In this document: positions 62,949 through 64,000 of the stretch, piece by piece
How positions within the stretch are numbered: position 1 is the first letter of the stretch
Layout: each line of letters begins with the position of its first letter
Source: Octopus vulgaris
Lineage: Eukaryota
NCBI GenBank assembly: GCA_951406725.2
Contig: OX597839.1
Location: 24,366,001 to 24,430,000 of the forward strand
Direction: 5' to 3'
DNA: 64,000 nt
Program-made: the position numbers and the translations under genes
Notes under the pieces: generated by a model
Databases searched by the model: none
Seen by the model: the letters and a program-made list of their open reading frames with translations, nothing else
Told to the model about the DNA's origin: nothing

Positions 62949-64000
62949 ATTTTTTAAAATCCTATTGGATTCTCATTGGAGGTGATGTCTCCATCCATTT
63001 GACCAATTCCAGAGAAACAAGCAGACAATCCGTTTACAGACTCAACAATAACAGCAGCAACAGAAAACTGGATTTACTAATTTGCATATTGTAAGTGTCA
63101 ATCACTATATATCAACAGAGACCTCAACAAGGCGGTGCCCCAGCATGGCCACAGCTCGCGAGCTGAAACTAGATAAAATTAAAATAAAAAAATAAGGATA
63201 CACACACACACACACACATACACAAAGATATTCCTGTCATGACCACCACTTCTTATGTAGAACCAATTCGTCCAATGTGTCCTTCCTTAGTAGGAAACAA
63301 TCTGAAGGAATTCCGTTGTTATTTCAAGCAGAGGGACCAACAGCCTCGTCGACTCCTTTGATTTGTACCAGTGCATCTGTACCCACACACTCATAATGTG
63401 TATACACACATACACACACACACACATACATACATACACACACACACGCGCTTCGGGCACTTAGAAATGTGTGTGTGTGTGTGTGTAAATGATATGAGCA
63501 TGTATGGACACATAGTTGTATGGGAGTGTGTGTGTGTGTGTGTGTGAACATATAGCTTGCATGCGAGTGAGAGTGGGGCGTCTTGTGGGAGGGGTTTGTG
63601 TGTATGGATGGGGGTTTCTTGGGGGAGGGGGCTTGGCTGCATGTGTTTGACTTGTGTGTTTATTTGGCCTGTGTGCATGTCTTTCGCTTGTGTGTGTGTG
63701 TGTGTGTGTGTGTACGTGTCTTTGGCTCGTGTGCATACGTGGGGCTTGTGTGCGTGTGCATGTGTTTCTAGCTTTGTGCACATGCATATTTCAATTTCAA
63801 ACAGGACAAAACAGATAACTATAAAAGACACCACACACACACACACACACATGCAGAGTAACCCTAGGCAACAGCTGGTGATGACTCGTGAACAGAGAGA
63901 GGGAGAGCAAGAGCAAGAGAGAGGCTGGAGAGGGAGGGAGGGGAATGATGTCACCAACAGATTGTCCACAAAATTTCAAACCTTCAATTTTCAACAATAA

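Overview
This is eukaryotic, repeat-saturated non-coding DNA (intergenic or a very large intron). The SINE families and microsatellite load resemble an octopus/coleoid cephalopod genome; that assignment is inference, not database-checked. I find no convincing cellular protein-coding gene: nearly all ORFs in the track are translated (TA)n/(CA)n/(GA)n microsatellites or SINE sequence. The window holds at least four SINE families (called A, B, CORE-type and D here), two short CR1-type LINE 3' ends, TTAA piggyBac-type MITEs, TA Tc1/mariner MITEs, two Helitrons, two Helentron/DINE-like elements, a MULE-like element with a 10-bp TSD, and several minisatellites. The most interesting structural signals are: (i) a variable-copy ~60-bp module in SINE D with a conserved hairpin plus a compact H-type pseudoknot, with two short copies ending exactly at the pseudoknot 5' edge; (ii) short inserts in (TA)n tracts with Penelope-like features, one carrying a degenerate minimal hammerhead ribozyme and two with inverted architecture; (iii) two long fold-back hairpins; (iv) closely spaced inverted SINE pairs that could form ADAR substrates. 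Coordinates were counted by eye and are approximate to a few bases, especially for degenerate copies.
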